Positions 31,526-42,574 are shown, counted from the stretch's first letter. The stretch: DNA of 64,000 bases from a virus (IMGVR_UViG_3300026549_000030:177997-241996); one strand, 5' to 3'. Notes: generated by a model not told the origin, from the sequence alone. Numbers and translations: made by a program.

Positions 31526-31837
31526 ATGAAAAAGGCAATCGTTAATGTAGAATATACAAAGAATTGGGCGAATGATGGCTATGACACATATTCTACAAAG
31601 GACTACAAGAAGATCGCTGAACTTGATTTTCCGACAAAGGACAGAAGTGAGTTCCGCGTGTACAAGGGTGACGGATATGGTGCATACGATTTGAACTACA
31701 CAACCTATCCGACTTTGCCTATGGCTATGCAGGGCGCAGAGCAGGCGTGCAAGTCTTTTCTCCTTAACAAGAAACGCTATGTTGAAAAGTTCAACTATCC
31801 GCAGGAAACAAACGAATCGCTCAAAATGGGCGACTAA
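31526..31837 (+). CDS. Hypothetical early protein
   Basis: Cassette gene. Confidence 0.65.
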   Translation: MKKAIVNVEYTKNWANDGYDTYSTKDYKKIAELDFPTKDRSEFRVYKGDGYGAYDLNYTTYPTLPMAMQGAEQACKSFLLNKKRYVEKFNYPQETNESLKMGD

Positions 31838-32241
31838 TACTTTGCGTCTCTATCAAAATGGCACTCCGAGAGGGGTGCTTTTTTTTGCTTGAGTTCTTGC
31901 CCGTGCGACAAACCTGATTATTTTAAAGAATATAATTACAGTGGTTCTCGAAGCATGGACAGGGCTCCTCAGATACGTCGGCGTGATATATTCTTTAATA
32001 TACGCTGCGATCTGGCATGGGCAAATTTTCCACGATGAAAAAAAATGAAAATAATTTTGCAATTGTAAAATAAAACACATATATTTGCAATAAGAAAAAT
32101 ACACAAATATGACACAAGCTGAATTAGATTTTTTAACGAGAACCCCAAGACTTCTCAATGCAATGGTGGATGAGCTTAAAAAGCTTAACGAGAATATCAA
32201 GAAACTCACCGAAAAGGTTGAAAACCTGGAGGATTAACTCT

Positions 32242-32643
32242 ATGTACACCGAGAAATGCAAAAAAGCTATCGCAGCTCTTGAATCAATTACGGGAGCTTT
32301 CGCGAAAACAGAGCAGCTTGCTATCGCCACGCTGAAGGCATTGCTTCTTCCCGTGGGTGAACACGGAGTAACTGTTACGAATCTTGACGAGCTTGCAGAG
32401 AACGAGTTCATCGTTCTCGCGGAGGAAAAGCCGTTTGACTTTAAGCCCGTAACTCTTGTACGTTACAATGAGAAGAAAGACTCAATTGAGGTGTTTGTCT
32501 CCGAGTGGGAAGAATACAAGGTATCCGTCTCCGCAGAGGGCAGGTGGGTTGATATTGAGGACGCGCACGTTGATACGCACTTTCTCCTTGACAACGTTAT
32601 CACCAATCTTGAATGGGCAGACTATTACGATGAAGATGAATAG
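32242..32643 (+). CDS. Hypothetical early protein
   Basis: Start refined. Confidence 0.65.
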   Translation: MYTEKCKKAIAALESITGAFAKTEQLAIATLKALLLPVGEHGVTVTNLDELAENEFIVLAEEKPFDFKPVTLVRYNEKKDSIEVFVSEWEEYKVSVSAEGRWVDIEDAHVDTHFLLDNVITNLEWADYYDEDE

Positions 32644-32866
32644 CAAGATTTGGCTGAACACGGAATACATCAGCCACGCAGGAGAAACAATAGAAACCTG
32701 CATTGTCGGTGGGACGAGAGTTATCTATGTCCACTATGAGAACGGCTACTACTCCCTTATTGAAGGGGTGAAGAATCTGCTGAATTTCCTTCACGGAGAT
32801 ACTACCGAGAGATTCGCTTGCTGCGAAACTATGAGCGAAGTCCTTGATGAACTTGATAAGATATAA
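32636..32866 (+). CDS. Hypothetical early protein
   Basis: Start refined; coupled to the upstream gene. Confidence 0.6.
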   Translation: MNSKIWLNTEYISHAGETIETCIVGGTRVIYVHYENGYYSLIEGVKNLLNFLHGDTTERFACCETMSEVLDELDKI

Positions 32867-33188
32867 TAGACTCGTTTGAGTCCTAAAATAATACCGCCTT
32901 ATGAGAAGTCCGCCCTATTAGATTATTATTCTGATTTTATCTCTAATTTTTAATAATTTTTAGTATAACTTTAACAGCCACCGAGAAATCGGTGGTTTTT
33001 TTTATATCATTACTTGTGGGTGCGAACGTCGTGGTTATTTTAAGGAATATAAACAGAAGAAGCTCAGGACGTTATAATCAATTTTGCTCAATTATCAAAG
33101 CCAATGATATAATGCAAAATGAGTGAAAATAAATTTGGAAATTAGATTTATTCTTCATATCTTTGCATCGAACAAAAGAGAAAGAGAA

Positions 33189-33377
33189 ATGGAAAAAACT
33201 TTCACAATTCACTACGGATACCAAAATGGAAATTCTCGGTATCATTACAAAGTCCGCATTATGTGTGAGGAAAGCAAGGTAAAGGAAATCTCCAAGGCGG
33301 TTGCCAATGGAGAACGTGTCGATTGGTGCTACGTTGAGGGCGAGAACTATCGTTTAACAATTTGTGATTGTATGTAA
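33189..33377 (+). CDS. Small hypothetical protein
   Basis: After a promoter. Confidence 0.55.
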   Translation: MEKTFTIHYGYQNGNSRYHYKVRIMCEESKVKEISKAVANGERVDWCYVEGENYRLTICDCM

Positions 33378-33378
33378 T

Positions 33379-33726
33379 ATGGAAAATCTTAATCGCATAG
33401 AAATCCAAGGTACTCTTGGTAGAATCAGCACCACAATGGTAGGCGGCAAGCTCCACGCAAATTTTGCAGTGGCTACCAACTGTGCATACAAGGATGCAAG
33501 CGGAAATGCCGTACTTGAAACAACGTGGCATAGAATATCAGCCTTTGAGAGCGAAAAAATTTCTGCCGAAACTCTCAATGAAATTCGCAAGAAATATGCG
33601 GAGAAACGCGACTTTGTATATGTAAGGGTTGTGGGCAGACTGCGCCAAATAAGGTATGTTGATACCAATGGTGTCAGTAACTTAACCTATGAGGTAAAAG
33701 CAAACGAGGTGGAAATTTTGAAATAA
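33379..33726 (+). CDS. ssb: Single-stranded DNA-binding protein (OB fold, no acidic tail)
   Basis: LNRIEIQGTLG, ANFAVATN, TTWHRISAFE, VRVVGRLRQ..Y.D..G. Confidence 0.85.
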   Translation: MENLNRIEIQGTLGRISTTMVGGKLHANFAVATNCAYKDASGNAVLETTWHRISAFESEKISAETLNEIRKKYAEKRDFVYVRVVGRLRQIRYVDTNGVSNLTYEVKANEVEILK

Positions 33727-33792
33727 AGCCAAAATAAATTTGCAATTGTCAAAATAAAATCCTATCTTTGTAGTAGAAAAACAATAAGATAT

Positions 33793-34005
33793 ATGGAATA
33801 CGATTTCAAAAGATTAGGCTACGGATTCAAGGGATACCTTGACTGTGATGTGGATGAACTTTGCCACACCGATGTGTACGGAGTTTCCGTGTACGATGCC
33901 GAGAGCGGAGAACACCTCAAGGACATTGACTTCACCGATATCGAAACCATTGGCGATATGACAACCGATGAACTCATCGATTGGCTTGCCGACAACGAAC
34001 TCTAA
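33793..34005 (+). CDS. Small acidic protein
   Basis: Has its own promoter. Confidence 0.6.
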   Translation: MEYDFKRLGYGFKGYLDCDVDELCHTDVYGVSVYDAESGEHLKDIDFTDIETIGDMTTDELIDWLADNEL

Positions 34006-34113
34006 AAAAAGTGAAAAAAAATTGACAAAATGTTTGGATATTTGGAATTAAATCCCTATCTTTGCATTGTAAGAAAAAGAAACCATAAGTCAAACCAAAA
34101 AAAGAGAGAAGAA

Positions 34114-34581
34114 ATGAAGAAATTCAATCTCACGGGCAACACCGCAGTATGGGACGCCCTTCGCGTAGAGGCAACGAACAATGGTAAGGGACGCACCGAG
34201 AAGCTTTCCGCAATCCCCGATGGCAAAGTCCTCACTGTTTCCCTGCTTGACGGGTTCGACCCCGCCAATCCTTCCACCGAGGGAATCTCCGAGAACAATA
34301 GCTCCTACGTTTTCCGCAAGGGACGCAAGCGCAATTTCCTGCTCCGCTACAACGGAGTGTGCGTAGGGTGGGCAACTTTCCACCGCGCAGAGCGCAACTA
34401 TGACGTGGCAGTCAGCGCAACCTTCAGCTCCGTAGTGTCCGTCAAGGCAAAGTCCGCAGAGGAAGCCGAACGCAAGGCGGTTGAGAGCCTTGAATCCGCA
34501 GTCGCAGAGTACAACGCCACCGCAGAGGTTCCGATTACTCTTGACTACTACGAGGTGGACGCAACCGAAAGTTGGGAGTAG
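34114..34581 (+). CDS. Hypothetical early protein (C-terminal V.A.SAEEA module)
   Basis: Start refined; module also seen in 39713, 42575, 44817 and 46874. Confidence 0.7.
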   Translation: MKKFNLTGNTAVWDALRVEATNNGKGRTEKLSAIPDGKVLTVSLLDGFDPANPSTEGISENNSSYVFRKGRKRNFLLRYNGVCVGWATFHRAERNYDVAVSATFSSVVSVKAKSAEEAERKAVESLESAVAEYNATAEVPITLDYYEVDATESWE

Positions 34582-34908
34582 TCCAAAGTCAAACAACCGA
34601 TTGAAGAAAAGTCCTATGTAAAACCAAAATGAAGGCATTTGGCAATCGGCAGAGAGCAACCCGAAAGGGTTGCTTTTTTTTTGTTGATACTTGTGGGTGC
34701 GAGCGCCCCCGTTATTTTAAGGAATATATTCCTCCTTCACCTATGTCACTCTCAGAGAACTCTCAGGACGACGCCGCGTGTATATTCTTTAATAAACTCA
34801 CCTTCGTCACACCGGCAAGGATCTGACCAGGTAAAAAAAAATAAAAATAAATTTGCAAATTAAAATTATTTTCCCTATCTTTGCATTGAACAATAAAAGA
34901 GAATTATT

Positions 34909-35397
34909 ATGGGATACACACATTACTGGGAGTTCAAGGGCAAGGTTGCCCCCTCCAAAATCGAGAACGGAAAAGAAAAGTGGGAGCTTGTCACGAGCAA
35001 GGTGAAGGAAGCGCTCAAGTATGTCAAGGGGAAGGGAATCAGAATCGGCAATTGGGACGGGACAAAAGAAATTCCTACCATTACCGAGAACATCATTTCC
35101 TTCAACGGAATGGGAAAAGATGCCCACGAAACTTTCTGCATCCCTTTCAAGGAGGAGGGATGGCGTTTCTGCAAGACAGCGCGGAAGCCTTACGACCTGC
35201 TCGTCTGCCTTACGCTTCTCGCATTCAAGGAAGCCTTCGGTGACGATTTTGAGTATACATCTGACGGGATAACCAAAGAAGAATATGAGGACAGGGAGAA
35301 CAATGAGTACTGGAAAAGTATCAACTTTGTTCCCGAAGGCCCTGGAAAGGAATGGCAGGAAGCCTACGATGCGTGGGAAAAAATCAACGCAGCATAG
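34909..35397 (+). CDS. Phage hypothetical protein (MGYTHYW...FCKTARKPYD type)
   Basis: Characteristic motifs; cassette context. Confidence 0.75.
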   Translation: MGYTHYWEFKGKVAPSKIENGKEKWELVTSKVKEALKYVKGKGIRIGNWDGTKEIPTITENIISFNGMGKDAHETFCIPFKEEGWRFCKTARKPYDLLVCLTLLAFKEAFGDDFEYTSDGITKEEYEDRENNEYWKSINFVPEGPGKEWQEAYDAWEKINAA

Positions 35398-35490
35398 ACT
35401 CGTTTGAGTTCTAAAAACGCCCTAGAATAAATTTGCAATTTCCAAATTTAATTCCTATCTTTGCGGTGAACCAATAAAATAGAAAAGAAT

Positions 35491-35937
35491 ATGTGTTTAA
35501 TAAAATTAATCAGTACGGGCAAAATGAAAGCCGAAACCGATTTGAAAGTCTATAAGTGTTTGGACTACAATCGGAGCTACGATATGTACTCAACCCCTTT
35601 CCAATTTATGAGGGTTGAATTCGATAAGAATGGCAAGTTTGCCTTCGAAATGGACGCTGACTTGCTGAATGATTTCCCCGGCGTTTGTGGAAAGGTAGTT
35701 TGTAAAATGGTAGAAAAAGGTATGCACGCGTATCGTGCCAAGGCTGCCGCAGACATTATCTCTGCAAAATTCCACAAGGACGATGGTACTAAAACTCACT
35801 ATGCCGTTATCCCGAAAGGCAGCTACTACTACATCGGCAACAAGTGCGACATTGTTTCCAATCGAATGATTATCTTCAAGCGGAAGAAAGATTTCGATGC
35901 GTATGCGAAAGAAAATAAGGTTAAAACCGTAGAATAA
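35491..35937 (+). CDS. Hypothetical protein, MCL-family paralog 2
   Basis: See 30620. Confidence 0.75.
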   Translation: MCLIKLISTGKMKAETDLKVYKCLDYNRSYDMYSTPFQFMRVEFDKNGKFAFEMDADLLNDFPGVCGKVVCKMVEKGMHAYRAKAAADIISAKFHKDDGTKTHYAVIPKGSYYYIGNKCDIVSNRMIIFKRKKDFDAYAKENKVKTVE

Positions 35938-36094
35938 TTTGCATATTAAAAATATTTTCCCTATCTTTGTATCGTAATCAAACAACAACATTATGGAAAA
36001 GAAAAGTGAAAAATTTTTAGAAAAGCTCAGCGAAATCCGCGAACAAATCATTGAGTCAAAAGATGAATCTTTCGACGACTTGGAGGACTAAGCT

Positions 36095-36529
36095 ATGCTG
36101 AAGTACAGTGACAATTGGGGCGGACTGAACGCTATCGACAACCAATGGCACGATGCGATGTACGAAAGGTACGTCCCTGCCTGCGGAAAGTGCAACACCC
36201 TCGGTGGAGAAATCCTTCGCGCCATCAACAGGATTATCTATAAGTTCTACAACGATGGCGACACCGTGAGCCGCTACTACAGCTACTCTTACAACGACAG
36301 TTACGGTGCAGAAAAGTTCCTTTACAAGCACGTTCCCGGCTATGCCCTTATGAGGGATATTGGGTACGATGAAATCTCAAGGTTTGAAGAAGCCGCCTGC
36401 AAAAACCTCAAGCATATCGTGGACTATCTTCGCAACAACCCCGCTCTCTTTGAGGTTGAAAACCACGAGGACTTTCTGGACTTATCGCCCAAAGAGGAAT
36501 GGCCTTGCGAGGACGAGGACGACTGGTAG
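36095..36529 (+). CDS. Hypothetical early protein
   Basis: GEILRAINRIIYKFYNDGD; cassette gene. Confidence 0.7.
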   Translation: MLKYSDNWGGLNAIDNQWHDAMYERYVPACGKCNTLGGEILRAINRIIYKFYNDGDTVSRYYSYSYNDSYGAEKFLYKHVPGYALMRDIGYDEISRFEEAACKNLKHIVDYLRNNPALFEVENHEDFLDLSPKEEWPCEDEDDW

Positions 36530-36838
36530 ACACACTTCTTTTCTATAATAACTCTCTTTTTGAAAGACGCATCCAAATCGGGTGCGTTTTTCTGTTTTAT
36601 CCCTTGCCCGTGCGACGAAGGCATCTATATTAAGGAATATAACGGTGAAGAAGGAGCCAATGGAGCTGGTGGACCGACGGCGGATACCTGTCCTGCGGCG
36701 GGATTATATTCTTTAATAAACTGTCGGATCCGGCATCTGCAAAAATTTCCGCCACAAATATTTTATAAATTTGTGTCAAATAAATTTGCAAATTAAAATA
36801 AAAAGTCCTATCTTTGCATTGAACAAAAAACAGGTATT

Positions 36839-37114
36839 ATGAAAGCCAATCATCAGGACATTATCTATCACCTGCACGAAATCAATGGTGAGGTGAAAAG
36901 CACGCTGAAAATCCTTATCCGCGATATGCTCGAGGAAAAAGAGGGCAAACGCGTAAAACTCAAGGGTACACTTTTCAATGGCACCGAAATTCATTCCGTT
37001 GGGCTTGTGGAGAACGCCCTTTGCTTCAACGATGACTATGATATGCGTGCGTGCAATCTTGCAAGTACAGAGGACTTGTTTTGGGTTGCCGACAATCTTT
37101 CAGGCATCGAATAA
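36839..37114 (+). CDS. Hypothetical early protein
   Basis: After a promoter. Confidence 0.6.
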   Translation: MKANHQDIIYHLHEINGEVKSTLKILIRDMLEEKEGKRVKLKGTLFNGTEIHSVGLVENALCFNDDYDMRACNLASTEDLFWVADNLSGIE

Positions 37115-37116
37115 TC

Positions 37117-37314
37117 ATGGCAAAGTACAATCACACCATAGAAGATTGGTGGCGGCATTTGGGAACTTTTGATAGGCAAAATGCTTCGTGCCTTATATTT
37201 TTTTCAACGCAAGAAGATGCTACCGATTATCTTAAACGGACTGATGAATGGTGGGAATCCCTTACCAACGAGAAAAAAGCAGAAATCTACGAAGAATTTT
37301 TCAGCGAAGAATAG
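37117..37314 (+). CDS. Small hypothetical protein
   Basis: Start refined. Confidence 0.55.
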   Translation: MAKYNHTIEDWWRHLGTFDRQNASCLIFFSTQEDATDYLKRTDEWWESLTNEKKAEIYEEFFSEE

Positions 37315-37504
37315 TATGAAAAAGAAAAACCGTAATTTGGGATTGGCAATATTCCTAATTGTGTGGGTAGTTATTCTCTTCCTGCCGTATTTCGTTATGC
37401 GCCCCACAATCAAAAATATTCAAAAAGATATGGCTGTAAGGGCAGAAAAATTTGCAATTGTCAAATCTAATTCCTATCTTTGCATTGAACAAAAGAGCAA
37501 AGAA

Positions 37505-37936
37505 ATGAGCAAGAAAGAAATGAGAAAGAAAGTCCACGAGCTTATGCTCAAGAACAATGTGGATATGGTTAGCCTCCCTGCCAATGTTGCTATGCTTGTT
37601 GGCTTGGAGTATATCACTTTCAAGGGAAAGAACGACATTCAAGGCATCAACTTTGACGAAGAATACGTTTCCATTCCTGACGATGACATTGAAGATGTGT
37701 ACAATGCAGTCCGTAGGGAACTTTCCGACATTCACCTTTACGAGCTTTCCGAAGCTGAGGTTAAGAAGCTTCAAAGCGAAATCGTGATGGGTAGCTACTA
37801 TCTTGCCGACTATGCCAATTCGCTCGGTGTTTCAGCAACTGAAGTCTCCAACTACGCATATGGCTATCTTGAGGTTGCGGATGAATACGATTATTCATTC
37901 TACGACTATATTCAGAGTGTAGAATTTTGCGAATAA
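37505..37936 (+). CDS. Hypothetical early protein
   Basis: Start refined to the ATG after the promoter at 37451-37483. Confidence 0.65.
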   Translation: MSKKEMRKKVHELMLKNNVDMVSLPANVAMLVGLEYITFKGKNDIQGINFDEEYVSIPDDDIEDVYNAVRRELSDIHLYELSEAEVKKLQSEIVMGSYYLADYANSLGVSATEVSNYAYGYLEVADEYDYSFYDYIQSVEFCE

Positions 37937-38159
37937 AATTATAGCAATATGGACTACAAGGAAAAAATGATTGCCCTTCTTAACGAAATGCATCGGGACA
38001 AAAATGCAGGGCTTATTCCAATGGTTATTGCAGAGGCGGTTAAGGACTGCGAAGCCATTAAAGAGCAGCCCTATCTTGACTACTATGTTGCCTGCGCATT
38101 TTACGGAAAATAGGTTGCCTTATTCAAAAATTTCCATAAGTTTATAGAAAAACAATATT

Positions 38160-38993
38160 ATGGCATATCACAAGATTCTATTCATCGGCACGGACTTGGA
38201 AAAGGCACTTGCCCCTTACGATGAGAACAATACTGACGCACTCGTACCTGTGAATCACACGGAGCATTACCGCTATGAGTATGAGAATCACAAGGACGAT
38301 GAGGAGTTCCGTTCTCAATATCCCGAAGGTACGTTCGAACAATTCATTGACTATTGGGTTGGACTACCCATAGTGGAGAAAAAGGATGAGAAAGCCGCAG
38401 GGGAAAAGAAAGAACACTTTGCGCTGAAAGAGGACGATGGCACAATCAAGGTTATCCTCTTTATTAATCCAAAAACGCAGTTCAACTACTACGAAATTGT
38501 CCACGATTTCAATGGCGATTACAATTATCGCAAAGAGTTGGAAGGCGAAGAAAGGCAGAGAAGAAAGGATTATCAAGAGGCGGTTAAGGCACTCGGACAC
38601 GCACCTCGTTTCGAATCGTGGAATAGCATTATCATCAAGGCGCAGAACGGAGAGCTTGGAGAAGCTGAAAATTCAGAGAATCTTCTGGAGTTGGCGCAGG
38701 ATTACTACTACAATCAGCCCGACAGAAAGAAGCTTGCGGATGTTCTTCCCTACGTTGAAGATTTCATCGGAAACTGCAAGGATGAAAAAGACTACGTTTC
38801 CCACGTTTCGCTTCCCTATTATGCTATCCTTACCGATGAGGGTTGGTTTTCGCAAGTTCAGGGTTCATATTATATGGGCGTTACTGAAGAGCCACTCCCC
38901 GACAAGGAATGGAAAAAGCTCCAAATTGAGTTGGTTAAGAAAGCCACAAGCAAAAAAGGGTACAAAGCTTATATCGTTACCACGAAAATCTAA
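38160..38993 (+). CDS. Hypothetical protein
   Basis: 277-aa ORF followed by a terminator. Confidence 0.75.
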   Translation: MAYHKILFIGTDLEKALAPYDENNTDALVPVNHTEHYRYEYENHKDDEEFRSQYPEGTFEQFIDYWVGLPIVEKKDEKAAGEKKEHFALKEDDGTIKVILFINPKTQFNYYEIVHDFNGDYNYRKELEGEERQRRKDYQEAVKALGHAPRFESWNSIIIKAQNGELGEAENSENLLELAQDYYYNQPDRKKLADVLPYVEDFIGNCKDEKDYVSHVSLPYYAILTDEGWFSQVQGSYYMGVTEEPLPDKEWKKLQIELVKKATSKKGYKAYIVTTKI

Positions 38994-39193
38994 TCGTTCA
39001 TTTCATAGTTACTTTGTTTGGCACGGAGAAATCCGTGCTTTTTTTTGCTACGGCGGACAGACGTCGGTGACGGGTTTATATTCGTTAAAATAACGCTGCG
39101 GCTCGCATCCACAAATTTTTATTCTCGTGCAAAATAAATTTGGAAATGAAATTTATTTTACCTATCTTTGCATTGTAAGAAAAAGGCAAAGTT

Positions 39194-39421
39194 ATGAAAG
39201 AGTTTTATTCAGAGGTTAAATGCGACTACAATAACGATGAGGGTTATTGGTGTGTCGATGCGTGGCGCACAAACTGTGACGATGAGGAAGGCAAGGTTAT
39301 TGCCGCAATCCATGAAACCACAGGGGATGTTTTCTACTGTGAACCCGAAGCTCGTATTTCACCTATGGCGCAGGAAACCATCAAGGCAAAAGTAGAAGAA
39401 ATTAAAAACAATCAAAAATAA
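39194..39421 (+). CDS. Small acidic protein
   Basis: Cassette gene. Confidence 0.6.
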   Translation: MKEFYSEVKCDYNNDEGYWCVDAWRTNCDDEEGKVIAAIHETTGDVFYCEPEARISPMAQETIKAKVEEIKNNQK

Positions 39422-39427
39422 AGTATT

Positions 39428-39646
39428 ATGGAAAGAATTGCTATTATCGACCACGATGAGCACCAACTTTTTGTTGAGGATATTGACGAAACCATCCTCA
39501 ACCGCGACTACGGTGGCGAAGAAGAAGCATATATCAAGGACAATTACAACCTTGAGAATTTCAGTTGGGACTACATTGTCCGAACGGAATATTACCCCGA
39601 AAACGGAGACGACCCTATGGAGGTAGATTTCACGGATTTGCTGTAA
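39428..39646 (+). CDS. Small acidic protein
   Basis: Cassette gene. Confidence 0.6.
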   Translation: MERIAIIDHDEHQLFVEDIDETILNRDYGGEEEAYIKDNYNLENFSWDYIVRTEYYPENGDDPMEVDFTDLL

Positions 39647-39712
39647 AAAAAATTGCATATTCCAAAATTTAATCTTATCTTTGCAATAGAAACCAATTAA
39701 AAACAAAGTATT

Positions 39713-40066
39713 ATGAAAATTACGAAAGAGCAAATCAAGGCGGCAGAACAGGTGCTTATTGACAACGGCATTGAGGCTGACGATGTGAAAACCGTCCTTC
39801 AGGAAATCGGATGCACCCTTCTCGATGAGAAACTCTATCCGGAAGAAGAAACAGAGGACGCACCAAAGACGCAGAAATTCACTTTCCGTTTTCACACTCA
39901 CGGTTGGACTGATATTACCGTTGAGGCGGAGGATGAAGAAGAAGCTGAAGAGCTTGCAAACGACAAATATAACAACGGTGACTACGATGATTCCGATTCG
40001 GATTTTGAGAACACCGATATGGAGAACGTAACCGACTACTACGTTGAGAACAACATTCCACAATAG
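39713..40066 (+). CDS. Very acidic hypothetical protein
   Basis: Cassette gene. Confidence 0.65.
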   Translation: MKITKEQIKAAEQVLIDNGIEADDVKTVLQEIGCTLLDEKLYPEEETEDAPKTQKFTFRFHTHGWTDITVEAEDEEEAEELANDKYNNGDYDDSDSDFENTDMENVTDYYVENNIPQ

Positions 40067-40343
40067 TAAAATTCGCTCTTATGAAAAGTCCGAGGCAGAA
40101 ATGCTTCGGATTTTTTTTGCTTCGGCCTTGCCCGTGCGACGAACCTGAATATTTTAACGAATATACTACGGTTCTGAGAACAGGGGCTGCCGTCGATAAC
40201 CAGCCTGCAGCTGGCTGTTTATATTCCTTAAAATACGCTGCACGCTCGCATCCACAAGAAATTCACTGTAAAAATAAACAAAAATAAATTTGCAAATTAA
40301 AATTATTCTTATTACCTTTGCCATGAACAAAAGAAACAAAGAA

Positions 40344-40862
40344 ATGAGACATTTTGAAAAAATCAACAACGGCGTTACTATCCTCAACACCTTTGTTAAC
40401 GAAGAAGATTACAGGGAAATGTATGAAGATTGGCACGAAGAAGGCGAATCCCTTTTTGACTTCGCGCAGAGGCGTATTGAGTTCGAGTGCGATGATTTTT
40501 GGAACAATCTCCGTGCAGTCAAGGATTCTTCATATATCGACTATTATGTAGTCACTGGCGAGCTTGGACTTTGGAACGGTATTCACACCATTGTTCCCGT
40601 GACTTTCAACAATCTATATGACGCCCTTTCAAAATGCGCCACGGATGCCTACGATATTGTAGTCAAATACGAAGATAATGCCATCAAGTTCGAGTGCCAT
40701 CACCACGATGGCGTAAACTGTTTCGAGGTTCGCAACCTGAGCTTCGACGACTACGACAAAATCGAGTGGTGGGACGATGACAAGGACGGCGACGTTTTTG
40801 AATTCATAAAGAAACACGCAAAGCCTATTTCGTGGGAAATGATTGGACAGGGTGCATTCTAA
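40344..40862 (+). CDS. Hypothetical early protein
   Basis: GELGLWNG...HHDGVN; start refined. Confidence 0.7.
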   Translation: MRHFEKINNGVTILNTFVNEEDYREMYEDWHEEGESLFDFAQRRIEFECDDFWNNLRAVKDSSYIDYYVVTGELGLWNGIHTIVPVTFNNLYDALSKCATDAYDIVVKYEDNAIKFECHHHDGVNCFEVRNLSFDDYDKIEWWDDDKDGDVFEFIKKHAKPISWEMIGQGAF

Positions 40863-40874
40863 AAGTTTAAAGAT

Positions 40875-41198
40875 ATGGCAAAGAAACTTACAAACATTAC
40901 ATTCGTGACAAAGACTAACAACTGGTTTGCTCCCACGAAGGAACTCAAGGAAAAATACAAATCAGTTATCGACACGGAGCTTATGGATACGACTTCTTCC
41001 GCAGGAGATTGGAGTGGATTCATAATTCAGAAGATAGGAAAGAATACTTTTGTCGCAATCGGATTCAGTCAGTACAACAATTATCCCCACGATGGATTCT
41101 GCCTTATGACTTGTGAACATCCTTTCTATCGCGGAAAACTCGACAAGAAGAATTGGATGGAAAATGTCAGGAGTTGTTGGCTTCAGTTTGACAATTAA
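40875..41198 (+). CDS. Hypothetical early protein
   Basis: Cassette gene. Confidence 0.65.
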   Translation: MAKKLTNITFVTKTNNWFAPTKELKEKYKSVIDTELMDTTSSAGDWSGFIIQKIGKNTFVAIGFSQYNNYPHDGFCLMTCEHPFYRGKLDKKNWMENVRSCWLQFDN

Positions 41199-41468
41199 AA
41201 ATAAATTTGGATATTAAAAATATTATCACTATATTTGCAGTACAATAGACTCGGTTGAGTATAAATTAACAACTAAATACTATGTTTGGCGAAGATTTAT
41301 TGATAACAATTTGTGGCATTATCGTAATAGTTTTAATTGCTTTAATATTCGCTTCGCCAATTATTATAACGGAGTATAAAATTAGAAAGCGGAAAAAGCA
41401 AAATCCAAACTATACCGATTTGGACGCATTTAATGAATTTTTTAAGTAACAATTAAAACAATAAAATT

Positions 41469-41915
41469 ATGGCACTGTTTTTTATCGGATTTGCTCTTAT
41501 CATTATCGGACTTGTTTGCGTTTCTCTTGCTATCGGACGCGGCAGGGGACTCAAGTGGGCTAAAACAATCAATTTCACTACCGATGTCGACGAAGCGAAA
41601 AAGGTTGTATCAGACATCAACGCAAAATATCAAGAAAGAATTTCTAACGAGAACGGACAAAACGGAGATACGTTATATCCGTTAGGCTGGTTCCTTCTAT
41701 GGATTGGAATTATGGTTTTCGTACCCAGCTTAGCCCTTCTTCGTGAACGCTATGTCAAGCAATATTGCGACGGAAAATATGAGTGGGAACAGGTCGCGTA
41801 TGTCAATGAACGCGGAGAGGTGCGCCCTGTGGAAAGCAAGACACTCGTAAGGGTTAAGGATTTCTCGGACAGGAAAACCTTCTACCTACAGAAAGATACA
41901 ACTTCAACGGAATAA
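41469..41915 (+). CDS. Membrane protein (2 TM)
   Basis: Two hydrophobic segments. Confidence 0.65.
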   Translation: MALFFIGFALIIIGLVCVSLAIGRGRGLKWAKTINFTTDVDEAKKVVSDINAKYQERISNENGQNGDTLYPLGWFLLWIGIMVFVPSLALLRERYVKQYCDGKYEWEQVAYVNERGEVRPVESKTLVRVKDFSDRKTFYLQKDTTSTE

Positions 41916-41923
41916 AAATCAAA

Positions 41924-41985
41924 GGGGCACTCTAACTCAGGAGTAATAATAATGAAGCGGGAATGAGTGAAACCGCGAAGCCCCC
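41924..41985 (+). ncRNA. Candidate three-way-junction RNA with a loop-loop pseudoknot (hammerhead-like topology)
   Basis: GGGGC/GCCCC, ACTC/GAGT and GCGG/CCGC stems; loops ACTCA and TGAGT are complementary. Confidence 0.4.
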
Positions 41986-42184
41986 GAGAGAAACCACGTC
42001 GAAAGGCGTGGTTTTTTTGTTGATTTGCTTGCCCGTGCCAGCAGGCGAAATATATTAAGGAATATAAACAGCCGGATCCTCGTTCAATGTCCTGATCGAA
42101 ATAAATTTCATAATAAAAGTTAAATAAATTTGGATGTTAATTTTATTTTCCCTATATTTGCATTGAAACAAAAAACAAAGTAAT

Positions 42185-42562
42185 ATGAAACACAGAAAAT
42201 GGTTTTTAATTAAGGTTATCTACGATATCATTTCACAGGAAATGGTGGAGTATGTAGACATTAAGGGCGGTGGGCTCGCTATGCAGGCAAATGTGGGATT
42301 CCGAGCCGCTTTTACCGCAACGCTCAAAAGGGTTTTCCTCCCTATTGTCACCACTCCCATAATTGGAGAGTATGGTATGCTTCTCGACATTGAGAACGAG
42401 GACGGAGAGGTAGAGCAGCACACCTATTATGCAGAGGACTTTGGAGAGCAGACACTCCTCGACATCGCTCGTGCAGTCTATGAAACAATGTGGACTCCTG
42501 CCTACAAGACTTGGAAAGAGTACCTGGTCTGGGAAGAGGAGAAATACAAGAACATTTTTTAA
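42185..42562 (+). CDS. Hypothetical early protein
   Basis: Cassette gene. Confidence 0.65.
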   Translation: MKHRKWFLIKVIYDIISQEMVEYVDIKGGGLAMQANVGFRAAFTATLKRVFLPIVTTPIIGEYGMLLDIENEDGEVEQHTYYAEDFGEQTLLDIARAVYETMWTPAYKTWKEYLVWEEEKYKNIF

Positions 42563-42574
42563 AAAAATAAACTA

